DNA of 53,145 nt, from the sequence record MT360681; one strand, given 5' to 3'. Numbering within the stretch: position 1 is the stretch's first letter; every line of letters starts with the position of its first letter. This document shows, piece after piece, positions 20,136-29,241 of the stretch. The DNA is from Shigella phage 2019SD1. The notes below the pieces were generated by a model that made no database searches, had not been told where the DNA came from, and saw only the letters and a list, made by a program, of their open reading frames with translations. The translations under genes and the position numbers were made by a program.

Positions 20136-21314
20136 GTGTCAGTGTTTGTGTTAACTAGCCAAACGGCGCTTGCTGCAAAACTGAACTCATTTGGCCTGAA
20201 AGGTACAACCGGAAAGACTTATCCAGATCTTATCAAAATGATGGTTGATTGCGGAGAAGACCTTAACGTTATGTGGTTGATTGAGATGATCGCAGAAAGT
20301 CAAGCGGGGCCGATGGGGTTAAGTTCTATATATCTATATCCGGCGCAAATAGAGGAACAAGAGAACAAAAAGACAACACTGATATTTATCAATCACTTAC
20401 ACGTAAGTTTTGTTATCCAAGTTGGTGAGAACGTTGTTGGAACAGAAAAACAAAATAACTATAATAAGTTTATGGCGTACACCAGCGAAGAAATGAGCAA
20501 CGAGCTTTATCACGATCCAGAAGCGTGGACGGCTGATTATGTTAGCGGCTCAAGCCCGGCAGAGATTTACAGCACATGCCCGGCAGCGTGGAAGTTCAAG
20601 CCGCGCGACGATAAGAGCAAAGCGCTAGTTTTCGGTACGCAGTCGCATACCAACTTTGAAAGCAAGGAGCTTTTCGAAAAACCTATCGACGTGCGCCAGC
20701 GACAGAAGACTTTAAGGATCCGTGGCAATGCGCCGGTTCTTGAATCCATACCTGAACATAACGCATGTATGAATAGCAAGACAGCACAACGTGAATTATC
20801 GCTATTCGGTGAAATTAACGGCGTAAAAGTCAAAGTTCGATGCGATCACGTTGACGTAACAAAGAACGTCAACGCAACGCTGATTGATGGTTACGATGAA
20901 AAAGGCCAGCCGATTTGCAGAGATATTATTTATCCAGAGGCCATTGTGATCACAGACTACAAAACCACAATGAGCGCTAATCCGGCTGAGTTTATGCGCC
21001 CGGCTTACAATCACGGCTATTATTTAAAAATGGCGTTGCAATGTGATTTATTCAGGAAAGCATATCCAGAAGAAAAGCGACCTATAGTTGTGCGCCTGTT
21101 AGCGCAAGAGAAGAAAGAGCCTTATTTGCCGTTGGCTTTCCGCATGAACAACGAGCAATTGAAGATCGGGCGCATTCAGTACATGAGCGTGATTAACCAG
21201 TTTGCCATGTGCCAGCAACATGACGTTTGGCCTTCTTATTCAAACGGTGAGCCGGAGGTTTGCCTTGACACTCCTGATTGGGTGCGCCGCCAGTTTAAGC
21301 AATATCTTATTTAA
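20136..21314 (+). CDS. PD-(D/E)xK family nuclease, putative recombination exonuclease (start uncertain, possibly near 20460)
   Basis: Motifs ..VRCDHVDV.. and ..IVITDYKTT.. suggest a PD-(D/E)xK catalytic core; adjacent to Erf-like and SSB genes. Confidence 0.3.
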   Translation: MSVFVLTSQTALAAKLNSFGLKGTTGKTYPDLIKMMVDCGEDLNVMWLIEMIAESQAGPMGLSSIYLYPAQIEEQENKKTTLIFINHLHVSFVIQVGENVVGTEKQNNYNKFMAYTSEEMSNELYHDPEAWTADYVSGSSPAEIYSTCPAAWKFKPRDDKSKALVFGTQSHTNFESKELFEKPIDVRQRQKTLRIRGNAPVLESIPEHNACMNSKTAQRELSLFGEINGVKVKVRCDHVDVTKNVNATLIDGYDEKGQPICRDIIYPEAIVITDYKTTMSANPAEFMRPAYNHGYYLKMALQCDLFRKAYPEEKRPIVVRLLAQEKKEPYLPLAFRMNNEQLKIGRIQYMSVINQFAMCQQHDVWPSYSNGEPEVCLDTPDWVRRQFKQYLI

Positions 21315-21395
21315 TCGGCACAAATAGCTAAACAAATGAAAAATGCGGTGTTATAATTCACCGCATAAGTTAACAACAAGCGTGAGGAAATAAAC

Positions 21396-21674
21396 ATGGA
21401 AAACAAACAAGTGTCAGATGTGGCAGTTCATATTAACAATTTTGCAACTGGCATGGCTATGTTGCTTCGTGACTTTGTGGCGCCACTTGATCCAACAGAA
21501 GGCGAAGAAGAAATGGAGTACATCAGAAAAGTAATGGATGCAGTCGATAATGTCGTACTTATTGCAACAATGAGCGAAGACAACGATGAAGCAATCAAGG
21601 CGGTAAAAGAAAGTTCTGATCGCATGATGGAAAATCTGATTAAATTACACACCAAAGAAGAAACAAAGCACTAA
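21396..21674 (+). CDS. Hypothetical acidic protein
   Basis: GTGAGGAAA RBS plus ATG; 92-aa ORF. Confidence 0.4.
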   Translation: MENKQVSDVAVHINNFATGMAMLLRDFVAPLDPTEGEEEMEYIRKVMDAVDNVVLIATMSEDNDEAIKAVKESSDRMMENLIKLHTKEETKH

Positions 21675-21747
21675 CAGCAATAAGGCGGCGAAAGCCGCCA
21701 TTAATCACGGGAATTAATCTGCCGTACTTGATGCAATCACTCCAGCA

Positions 21748-22338
21748 TTGAAACTATCAGAGCAATTCGACAAGGTTTTACCAGCACTGCATAAGGCGCG
21801 TAGTTTGTTTGTAAAGGTGAAAAGGATAAGCAAAACACGCACCTCAAAACCGTTACGCAACGCTAATGATAACGAGCTAATGTTGATGCAGGACATGATT
21901 GAAAGCGAACAACCAAACAGAATTAAGGTTGAGACAACAGTTCTTCATGTTTCCGGTCAGTGGGTAAAATTCTATGCTGAATTACCAATCGTTAAAAACG
22001 ATCCTCAAGGTGTAGGATCTGCATTCACATACGCGCGTCGTTATGCAGCAGCAGCAGCATTTGGCTTAAGCCGGGCAGACGATGACGCGCAGATTGCCGT
22101 TAAATCTGCGAACGACTGGAAACGTGACATTGAGAAATGCGAAAGCGTGAACGAATTACAAGAAGTGCTTAAGTCAGCATGGAAGGCAAGCGATCCGGCA
22201 AGCAAGCAGGTAATTAAAGAGCATTACGAAAAACGCAAGGCAGAGCTTGAGATCGGAAAAGCACGAGGATTTAATCCAGCGCAACCAAAGCAAAATCTTG
22301 CCTCGCCAGAAGTTGACACAAAAACGACGAGCAAGTAA
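21748..22338 (+). CDS. Single-strand annealing protein, Erf-like
   Basis: Segment ..[20 protein letters not shown].. resembles the conserved core of ERF family proteins; N-terminal part may be frame-disrupted. Confidence 0.45.
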   Translation: MKLSEQFDKVLPALHKARSLFVKVKRISKTRTSKPLRNANDNELMLMQDMIESEQPNRIKVETTVLHVSGQWVKFYAELPIVKNDPQGVGSAFTYARRYAAAAAFGLSRADDDAQIAVKSANDWKRDIEKCESVNELQEVLKSAWKASDPASKQVIKEHYEKRKAELEIGKARGFNPAQPKQNLASPEVDTKTTSK

Positions 22339-22372
22339 AATCACAAAGTATCACTGATTTTGAATAATTGAC

Positions 22373-22395
22373 ATGGGGCGATTGCGCCCTTTTTA
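22373..22395 (+). terminator. Rho-independent terminator
   Basis: GGGGCG-ATTG-CGCCC followed by TTTTT. Confidence 0.5.
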
Positions 22396-22409
22396 CAGGA
22401 GAATGAATA

Positions 22410-22934
22410 ATGCATATCATTACTGGTGAGATCCGAAAAGAGCCGCGAGTAAAGCAAATGCCTAACGGCAGCACACTTTATGTGGTTGAACTTTCAGAGC
22501 GATACAAAGATAAAGATGGAAACTGGCAATATACAAACTACAGTTTCTTTTTAATGCGAAAACAGAAGGTCTTAAGGGTTGGTATGATGAGGCGTTCCGG
22601 TTGGCAAGGTTATTTCTGTATCTTGCATATCATTACTGGTGAGATCCGAAAAGAGCCGCGAGTAAAGCAAATGCCTAACGGCAGCACACTTTATGTGGTT
22701 GAACTTTCAGAGCGATACAAAGATAAAGATGGAAACTGGCAATATACAAACTACAGTTTCTTTTTAATGCGAAAACAGAAGGTCTTAAGGGTTGGTATGA
22801 TGAGGCGTTCCGGTTGGCAAGGTTATTTCTGTATCTTGTGACACTCTGCGCATTGAAACGCGAGAACACAACGGAAAGATGTATGACAAAGCAATCAACC
22901 TCCTATGGACTTTGACGACGATATTCCTTTCTGA
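22410..22934 (+). CDS. ssb: Single-stranded DNA-binding protein; exact tandem 213-bp duplication of N-terminal OB-fold segment and frame disruption before the C-terminal tail
   Basis: CAGGAGAATGAATA plus ATG; N-terminal ..TGEIRKEPRVKQMPNGSTLYVVELSERYKDKDGNWQYT.. OB-fold-like; a downstream frame ends ..MDFDDDIPF-stop, the hallmark SSB acidic tail. Confidence 0.55.
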
Positions 22935-22940
22935 TCAACA

Positions 22941-22963
22941 AAGGGGCATTACGCCCCTTTTTC
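22941..22963. terminator. Bidirectional hairpin terminator between convergent genes
   Basis: GGGGC-ATTAC-GCCCC with T-run on plus strand and A-run upstream. Confidence 0.5.
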
Positions 22964-23221
22964 ACTTTCAGCCATCCCAAGCACGGCAATAACCTTAACA
23001 GCAATTCGCTTTGCAAGTTCAGTTTGATGAGCGTTAAGTTTTCCAGTGGTCATTATTGACAGCATTCCGCTCATACTTCCAAGTCCGTTAAAATCTGAAA
23101 TTGCCGATTTCATAATTGATATTGGTGAATGACCTTCGTCAGCTATTGTGTGCGCTCTCTCTGACAGGTCTTTAACCACCTGATCTATTCCTTCACTTTT
23201 CGTCATTTTCTTTTCCTTCAT
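22949..23221 (-). CDS. Hypothetical protein
   Basis: 90-aa minus-strand ORF. Confidence 0.3.
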   Translation of the reverse strand: MKEKKMTKSEGIDQVVKDLSERAHTIADEGHSPISIMKSAISDFNGLGSMSGMLSIMTTGKLNAHQTELAKRIAVKVIAVLGMAESEKGA

Positions 23222-23843
23222 GAGTTGATTGCTGTTCTGGCATTACAGGCCATGGGCTAATTGATTCCCTTTCTGCTACTGGCTTTTCAGGTTCAATTCC
23301 TAAAAACTTTCCTACAAACTCACCAACAAAATTTGAGCTATCGCTTACATAAACATGCATCCTGTCCAGATCTGCAACAGTAACGCTATTTGGTGCAATC
23401 ATGATCCTCTGCTGGTGAAAACCGATATACATCACATTGGCTGGACGTTCAAGAGTCCCCATATTTGGCGCAATTACGCCCATTATCCAACAATAATGAA
23501 TATTGCCATCAAGAGGCTCACATCCGGCGTTAAGCCAGTTTACTTTCTGGTGTGGGAATGCCATTGATGAATCAGTAGCGTCACGCCGTAACGACCATTT
23601 AACGCCGCCAATCTCAATAATTTGTTTAGGCCTCATTCCGTTGAATTGAGTCACGCCAGCGCCATTTTGATTAATGTTTTGCATTACTACTCGCGGCAAA
23701 TGCACGCTCGGTAACAGGTAACGCAACGCGAGATCTGATTCGCCAACAGTTTGCTGATTCTCAGGCTGTTTTGATTTGCGATATGAAAGCTCAGTTGCAG
23801 GAAGCGCGTTTTGCTCTTTCTCAGGCAAACCAGACCGCTGCAC
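23193..23843 (-). CDS. Hypothetical protein (216 aa)
   Basis: Minus-strand ORF; upstream end runs into perfect palindrome. Confidence 0.3.
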   Translation of the reverse strand: MQRSGLPEKEQNALPATELSYRKSKQPENQQTVGESDLALRYLLPSVHLPRVVMQNINQNGAGVTQFNGMRPKQIIEIGGVKWSLRRDATDSSMAFPHQKVNWLNAGCEPLDGNIHYCWIMGVIAPNMGTLERPANVMYIGFHQQRIMIAPNSVTVADLDRMHVYVSDSSNFVGEFVGKFLGIEPEKPVAERESISPWPVMPEQQSTHEGKENDEK

Positions 23844-24003
23844 TGAATTGCAAAATCAACCGTGTCGAGCAATTGGTAAACTTCAAGTTGCCTACTCCTC
23901 AGACTCCGCCTACTGGCTGTTGCGCAACAGCCAGTAGGCGGAGTCTGAGGAGTAGGCAACTTGAAGTTTACCAATTGCTCGACACGGTTGATTTTGCAAT
24001 TCA
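23844..24003. repeat. Perfect 160-bp palindrome (two 80-bp inverted arms, centre at 23923/23924)
   Basis: Right arm is exact reverse complement of left arm. Confidence 0.85.
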
Positions 24004-24399
24004 ATATAAAACATTTGTCAGCGATATGTAAGCAACTGGCATAAAGACGAAAAAGCGCAGCCTGAGCCGCGCTTGAGTTAAAAGATTGCATCCTCTCAGA
24101 TATGATTGGAGTTGATGAAAACGGCGAGGAGTACGTTGATCATCAAATTGAAACGGATCGCACAGATGACACTCTGGCGCTCGATAGCAACGTTATGCTA
24201 ACTGATATGGCTTGCGCTATGGTTTACATGGGAGGGATGATCGAAAACCAGAAAAAGGAGATAGACGAATTAAAGGCGGCTGTTGCTGCACTGCTCAATA
24301 AAACTTTACTCCCTACTGGTGGTGGTTTTGGTGGCGAAGCTGGCGCGGCTGGTCTTGGCGGCGCTGTTGGCGGCCTGATTGGGTCATGGTTTGGTAACG

Positions 24400-24870
24400 G
24401 CTTTAATGGTCGTGGTGGTTATGGTGGTGATGGTGCGGCTGTTGCTGTCGGTGCTAACGCTGTTCTTGATGGTATTAATAACATCCAGACAGGTGTAAAC
24501 AACCCGGTCTGCAAACTCTGCAAGGCCAAAACTCCACAAACCTTGCCGTTGAGCGCTCCGCCGCATCAACCTTTAACGGCATTACCAGCCAGAATACGCA
24601 AAACCTGCTTGCATCGGTGCAAGGCTTCGCCGGACCATAACAGGAGACCGGTACAAGTTTCACATATTGGGAATCGACATTCATCATATCTTGAGCAATC
24701 AGGCCGTAACGCTGAATGTCATCTCGCTTATACTTAAACATTGTCGGAAGCCATTGCATGACGCGATCATAACTTTCTTTTCCATCCGTATAAACGATGT
24801 CTTTTTCAGATCTCTGTCAGACGTTGGATTTTTGCAAAATCGTAGTTTCCTGTTCCAAACTGGCCATTAC
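24400..24870 (-). CDS. Fragment resembling the C-terminal intramolecular chaperone (peptidase S74-like) domain of tail fibres/spikes
   Basis: Minus-strand translation ..SEKDIVYTDGKESYDRVMQWLPTMFKYKRDDIQRYGLIAQDMMNVDSQYVKLVPV..; no clear start; downstream frame breaks. Confidence 0.35.
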
Positions 24871-25104
24871 CGACGGTGGGTTTTGACGAGCAATCTCTAT
24901 GCTAGACAGATCTGAAAGGTTCGCATCTTTTCTTAGTAGATTTTCAGCATTAAGGCTTTTAGCAAATTCCTCAGCCTCATTTCGCGCCGTAACAGCGCCG
25001 TTTTTGCAGTTTCAGCGGCGTTATTTGCAGATTGAGCGCCAGTCAGACAAACGGCGTGGTCTGGTACGTATTATACAGAGTATGTTCCTTTTACGCTGAA
25101 ATCT

Positions 25105-25156
25105 GACGCTTGTCCGGTTCTGTAAATTGCGCAATTTACAGAACCGGACAAGCGTC
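25105..25156. repeat. Perfect 52-bp palindrome
   Basis: GACGCTTGTCCGGTTCTGTAAATTGC / GCAATTTACAGAACCGGACAAGCGTC. Confidence 0.8.
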
Positions 25157-25337
25157 AAAACAACGACGCAGGATGGTCGCCAATCGTTTGTGGAGGTAGT
25201 CAGTCGCAATGGGGTTATGCTCTAAAATCAGCTTTCGGAACTATTGCTAATAACCAAGCTTGGCCTGATACAGCTATACACCACTCATTCGCCCCGGTGC
25301 AACAATCTTTTTCATTGATGCACCGTTTCAAGCGGCT

Positions 25338-27494
25338 GTGATTGGTGATAACGCTCATAACAGGATGTTTTATTTTCTCATACCGGGACGTCGGGTTGGT
25401 CCTTTTGATAGTGTTGGTGCTAATACGATTATTTACTCGCCAGACGGATCTTATAGGTTGGTTATCAGAGATGACGGATTACTAGTTTATCAGAAAGGTG
25501 ACGGAACTGAAACCAAGCCATTTGAAATTGCGACTGGTGGGACTGGGGCAACTGATGCAGCAGGTGCTCGCAATAATCTTGGGCTTGGCAGCTATACACC
25601 ACTCATTCGCCCCGGTGCAACAATCTTTTTCATTGATGCACCGTTTCAAGCGGCTGTGATTGGTGATAACGCTCATAACAGGATGTTTTATTTTCTCATA
25701 CCGGGACGTCGGGTTGGTCCTTTTGATAGTGTTGGTGCTAATACGATTATTTACTCGCCAGACGGATCTTATAGGTTGGTTATCAGAGATGACGGATTAC
25801 TAGTTTATCAGAAAGGTGACGGAACTGAAACCAAGCCATTTGAAATTGCGACTGGTGGGACTGGGGCAACTGATGCAGCAGGTGCTCGCAATAATCTTGG
25901 GCTTGGGACTGGGCAAGACGTTCAATTTAAGAGCATTACGGCTACAGACGGCGATATTCTAGTTCCGCAAACTCACGTTGTAGGATGTAAAACTAATACT
26001 GGCGGTAACAAAAATATCTATCTGACGAACTTACCGGAGAATCAACTTCAGGTGGGTGGGACTGGCGCTCAATCTGCAAATAACGCCGCTGAAACTGCAA
26101 AAACGGCGCTGTTACGGCGCGAAATGAGGCTGAGGAATTTGCTAAAAGCCTTAATGCTGAAAATCTACCATGTATTGCTGGGCGACGCTCAAGGTTATAT
26201 CACTGGATACGATACGAAATGGCGAGAGCAATTAACACTCATTCGCCCCGGTGCAACAATCTTTTTCATTGATGCACCGTTTCAAGCGGCTGTGATCAGT
26301 GAAGTTATCAGCGATACACAAATCCGCGCTATCACAACTGGCGGCGCTGAAATTGGGCGGAGCAACTACATTATTTTGCTGCATGACTCAATCACTGTTG
26401 ATGGCCCGGCGCAAGATGTTGCGGAAACTCTGCGTTACTATCAAAGCAAAGAAACTCAGATCGAGGAAGCTATTGAATTTTTCAAAAACTTTGATCTAAA
26501 ACAGTTGCAAGATCTGGCTAATCAGGTTAAAGGTGATGCAGAGAAAACAGCCAATGATCGTGCTGCTACTGAACAACTGAAAAACGACACTCAACATATA
26601 AAGGATTCTGCTGTTGCTGAAACAAACCAGATTAAAGCAGACACTAACGCAATCAAGGCGCAAACACAACAGATTAAAGATTCTGCGATAACGGAAGTTA
26701 ATTCCGCACGCGATCAAGGTGTTTTAGCTGTAAACCAGACTAAAGATCAGGCTGTTTCAGAAATGAATCAGATAAAGGGTGATGTTTCGAATCTGAAAAC
26801 GAAGCTATTTCAGCAAGGGATTCAGCCCAGCAATACATGGCAATGGACGCTCAAGGTTATATCACTGGATACGATACGAAATGGCGAGAGCAATATCAGT
26901 GAAGTTATCAGCGATACACAAATCCGCGCTATCACAACTGGCGGCGCTGAAATTGGGCGGAGCAACTACATTATTTTGCTGCATGACTCAATCACTGTTG
27001 ATGGCCCGGCGCAAGATGTTGCGGAAACTCTGCGTTACTATCAAAGCAAAGAAACTCAGATCGAGGAAGCTATTGAATTTTTCAAAAACTTTGATCTAAA
27101 ACAGTTGCAAGATCTGGCTAATCAGGTTAAAGGTGATGCAGAGAAAACAGCCAATGATCGTGCTGCTACTGAACAACTGAAAAACGACACTCAACATATA
27201 AAGGATTCTGCTGTTGCTGAAACAAACCAGATTAAAGCAGACACTAACGCAATCAAGGCGCAAACACAACAGATTAAAGATTCTGCGATAACGGAAGTTA
27301 ATTCCGCACGCGATCAAGGTGTTTTAGCTGTAAACCAGACTAAAGATCAGGCTGTTTCAGAAATGAATCAGATAAAGGGTGATGTTTCGAATCTGAAAAC
27401 GAAGCTATTTCAGCAAGGGATTCAGCCCAGCAATACACATGCGTTTTCTCCCGTGTTGCATGTTAATGTCAATGCAGATAATAGCATTTGCTAA
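25338..27494 (+). CDS. Long tail fibre protein; 318-bp tandem duplication (25271-25588, 25589-25906), 600-bp tandem duplication (26297-26838 and 26897-27438) and frame disruption near 26100
   Basis: N-terminal ..GGTGATDAAGARNNLGLG.. motif common to phage tail fibres; long coiled-coil-like repeats rich in A/T/N/Q/K. Confidence 0.6.
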   Translation: MIGDNAHNRMFYFLIPGRRVGPFDSVGANTIIYSPDGSYRLVIRDDGLLVYQKGDGTETKPFEIATGGTGATDAAGARNNLGLGSYTPLIRPGATIFFIDAPFQAAVIGDNAHNRMFYFLIPGRRVGPFDSVGANTIIYSPDGSYRLVIRDDGLLVYQKGDGTETKPFEIATGGTGATDAAGARNNLGLGTGQDVQFKSITATDGDILVPQTHVVGCKTNTGGNKNIYLTNLPENQLQVGGTGAQSANNAAETAKTALLRREMRLRNLLKALMLKIYHVLLGDAQGYITGYDTKWREQLTLIRPGATIFFIDAPFQAAVISEVISDTQIRAITTGGAEIGRSNYIILLHDSITVDGPAQDVAETLRYYQSKETQIEEAIEFFKNFDLKQLQDLANQVKGDAEKTANDRAATEQLKNDTQHIKDSAVAETNQIKADTNAIKAQTQQIKDSAITEVNSARDQGVLAVNQTKDQAVSEMNQIKGDVSNLKTKLFQQGIQPSNTWQWTLKVISLDTIRNGESNISEVISDTQIRAITTGGAEIGRSNYIILLHDSITVDGPAQDVAETLRYYQSKETQIEEAIEFFKNFDLKQLQDLANQVKGDAEKTANDRAATEQLKNDTQHIKDSAVAETNQIKADTNAIKAQTQQIKDSAITEVNSARDQGVLAVNQTKDQAVSEMNQIKGDVSNLKTKLFQQGIQPSNTHAFSPVLHVNVNADNSIC

Positions 27495-27495
27495 G

Positions 27496-27516
27496 TCAAA
27501 AAACCCGCAATGCGGG
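27496..27516 (-). terminator. Hairpin with T-run on minus strand
   Basis: CCCGC-AAT-GCGGG preceded by AAAAAA on plus strand. Confidence 0.35.
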
Positions 27517-27535
27517 GCGAAAGTAGCAGTGACAT

Positions 27536-28470
27536 GATCCAACCAACTCCGGTATCATTACCGCACACGTTGCAGATCGCACCGCCATCGCCTTTTTATC
27601 GCCAAGTTTATCCGTCCATCTGAAGCGATCCTTTCCGCCGCAGTGGGGCTTTTCATTGATGAAGAAGGTAAACAGTCTTTTCTAGCAAAGGACTACACGC
27701 GCGGGTCGGTTGTGAGAACAGGAAACACCGATAAGACTATCTATCTTTGCGTTGACTGGATTGATGCGCAACATATTCACCTTGCAACTGGTCAAGAGGT
27801 TTGGGCCTGCTTCGATGCAACTAATATTGAGATTGTAGCTTACAGGTATAAAGGCAACAGAAGAATGCGAGTTGTCTGTAAGAGTACAGACCGTGACGCT
27901 ATCATAGCTGCCGAGGAAAGAGGTCTTGAAATTATGATGCCGATTAATGATAATTACAGGCAAGGGATAGACAGGAAGGTTTACAAACCTGAATCTCTTC
28001 TCAAGCTAACCGGAGAACCTTACAGCGAAGTGATCAATATTTTGGGCCGTTTTCTTGGGAAAGTTCCACAGGACTATAGAATCAAGGCAAATAAGCGAGT
28101 ATCTCGTGATTCTGGTTATTCGTTTGGGAAACAGGCAAGTCATGAATGCTGCGAGCGCGTTATGTCAAAAACATTAAAATTTGATCGCACGCCGTTAAGC
28201 ACATATGAAGGAATATACCCGCCTGAAGATGGTTATTATGAATGCGGCGTAAAAGATGGTCGATACATTCACGCGTTACCATGTTACCGGTGCATTCAGA
28301 TGAAATTGATGATGAAATGTGCAATGTGCTTTTCATTGATGAAGAAGGTAAACAGTCTTTTCCCCCACTGCGGCGGAAAGGATCGCTTCAGATGGACGGA
28401 TAAACTTGGCGATAAAAAGGCGATGGCGGTGCGATCTGCAACGTGTGCGGTAATGATACCGGAGTTGGTT
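27536..28470. repeat. Segment bounded by ~115-bp perfect inverted repeats (27536-27650 and 28354-28470) plus 34-bp direct repeats (27648-27682, 28320-28353)
   Basis: Exact reverse-complement identity of the two outer arms. Confidence 0.8.
27643..28319 (+). CDS. Hypothetical protein encoded inside the inverted-repeat-flanked segment
   Basis: Open frame across the internal segment; GTG start; no recognisable motifs. Confidence 0.25.
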
Positions 28471-28622
28471 GGATCACAAGATTGATGCTTGCCGTTAAAA
28501 ACTTCATTTGGAAGACCGCAAATACTTTGTAGCGCCTCACGCCACAATCCTTGCATATATGGGAGTACATCTTCCTTTTGATAAACCATAAAGTTTTCGT
28601 TATTCATATACACCTCAAACAA
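28354..28622 (-). CDS. Hypothetical protein, N-terminal part only (frame ends inside inverted repeat)
   Basis: Minus-strand start at 28622; protein-like N-terminus MFEVYMNNENFMVYQKEDVLPYMQGLWREALQ.. Confidence 0.25.
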
Positions 28623-28645
28623 AAAGCCTGACAGATGATAACATC

Positions 28646-29158
28646 ATGCCGGGCATTGTTTTTCTTATTGAGTATTACGGCAGCGTGTCAGCAATGTCAA
28701 GCCGTGCTTTTAGTCCAGCGCGAAAGAACAGCGAATCGCGGTATCAACTGGCAAGATTGACAAACGCACAATCAATGGCAATAACGGAACTCGACGGGGT
28801 AAAGATAAGAAAAGCGCAAGCGCCCTACAGGATACTATGTTTTAAAAGAGCAAAGCGTCTTAACGTTAGCCAGCAAACTGTAAATCAGTGGCGTGTTCGC
28901 GGTATGATTTCAGCCGCTGGCGCTCAAAAGGTGCATAACGATTACAAGAAATATGGTTGTCAAGGCTATCGCGCGTCATTCTGCCGTCCAGACCTGCGAT
29001 TTGATTCCAATGGAAAACCGCTCACAAAGAGATGTGATAAGCGTGAAATGTTGCGAGTAGTAAGAATGTCAGATTATGAACCCGGCGGATTCCTGTATAA
29101 ACCTGAAAGCACTAATTGCCATTATTCATTCTCCAATAGCATTTTTGTTAAACAATGA
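28646..29158 (+). CDS. Hypothetical DNA-binding protein (HTH-like)
   Basis: Segment ..RLNVSQQTVNQWRVRGMIS.. resembles a helix-turn-helix. Confidence 0.3.
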   Translation: MPGIVFLIEYYGSVSAMSSRAFSPARKNSESRYQLARLTNAQSMAITELDGVKIRKAQAPYRILCFKRAKRLNVSQQTVNQWRVRGMISAAGAQKVHNDYKKYGCQGYRASFCRPDLRFDSNGKPLTKRCDKREMLRVVRMSDYEPGGFLYKPESTNCHYSFSNSIFVKQ

Positions 29159-29241
29159 TTTAATGATTGTGTATTATACACGCCAAATGGCATTACTCAA
29201 AGGTTTTAGATATTGCGGCAAGGGTATGCAGACATTGCGAC

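Noticed and set aside
24102-24737. Gly-rich plus-strand ORF as a fibre or collagen-like protein
   Set aside because: Low-complexity GGxG composition overlapping the minus-strand S74-like fragment; cannot decide the coding strand by eye; left unannotated.
27536-28470. Insertion sequence or transposon with terminal inverted repeats
   Set aside because: 115-bp perfectly identical inverted repeats with no transposase-like ORF inside (no DDE or serine/tyrosine recombinase motifs noticed); the pattern matches other fold-back duplications in the sequence.
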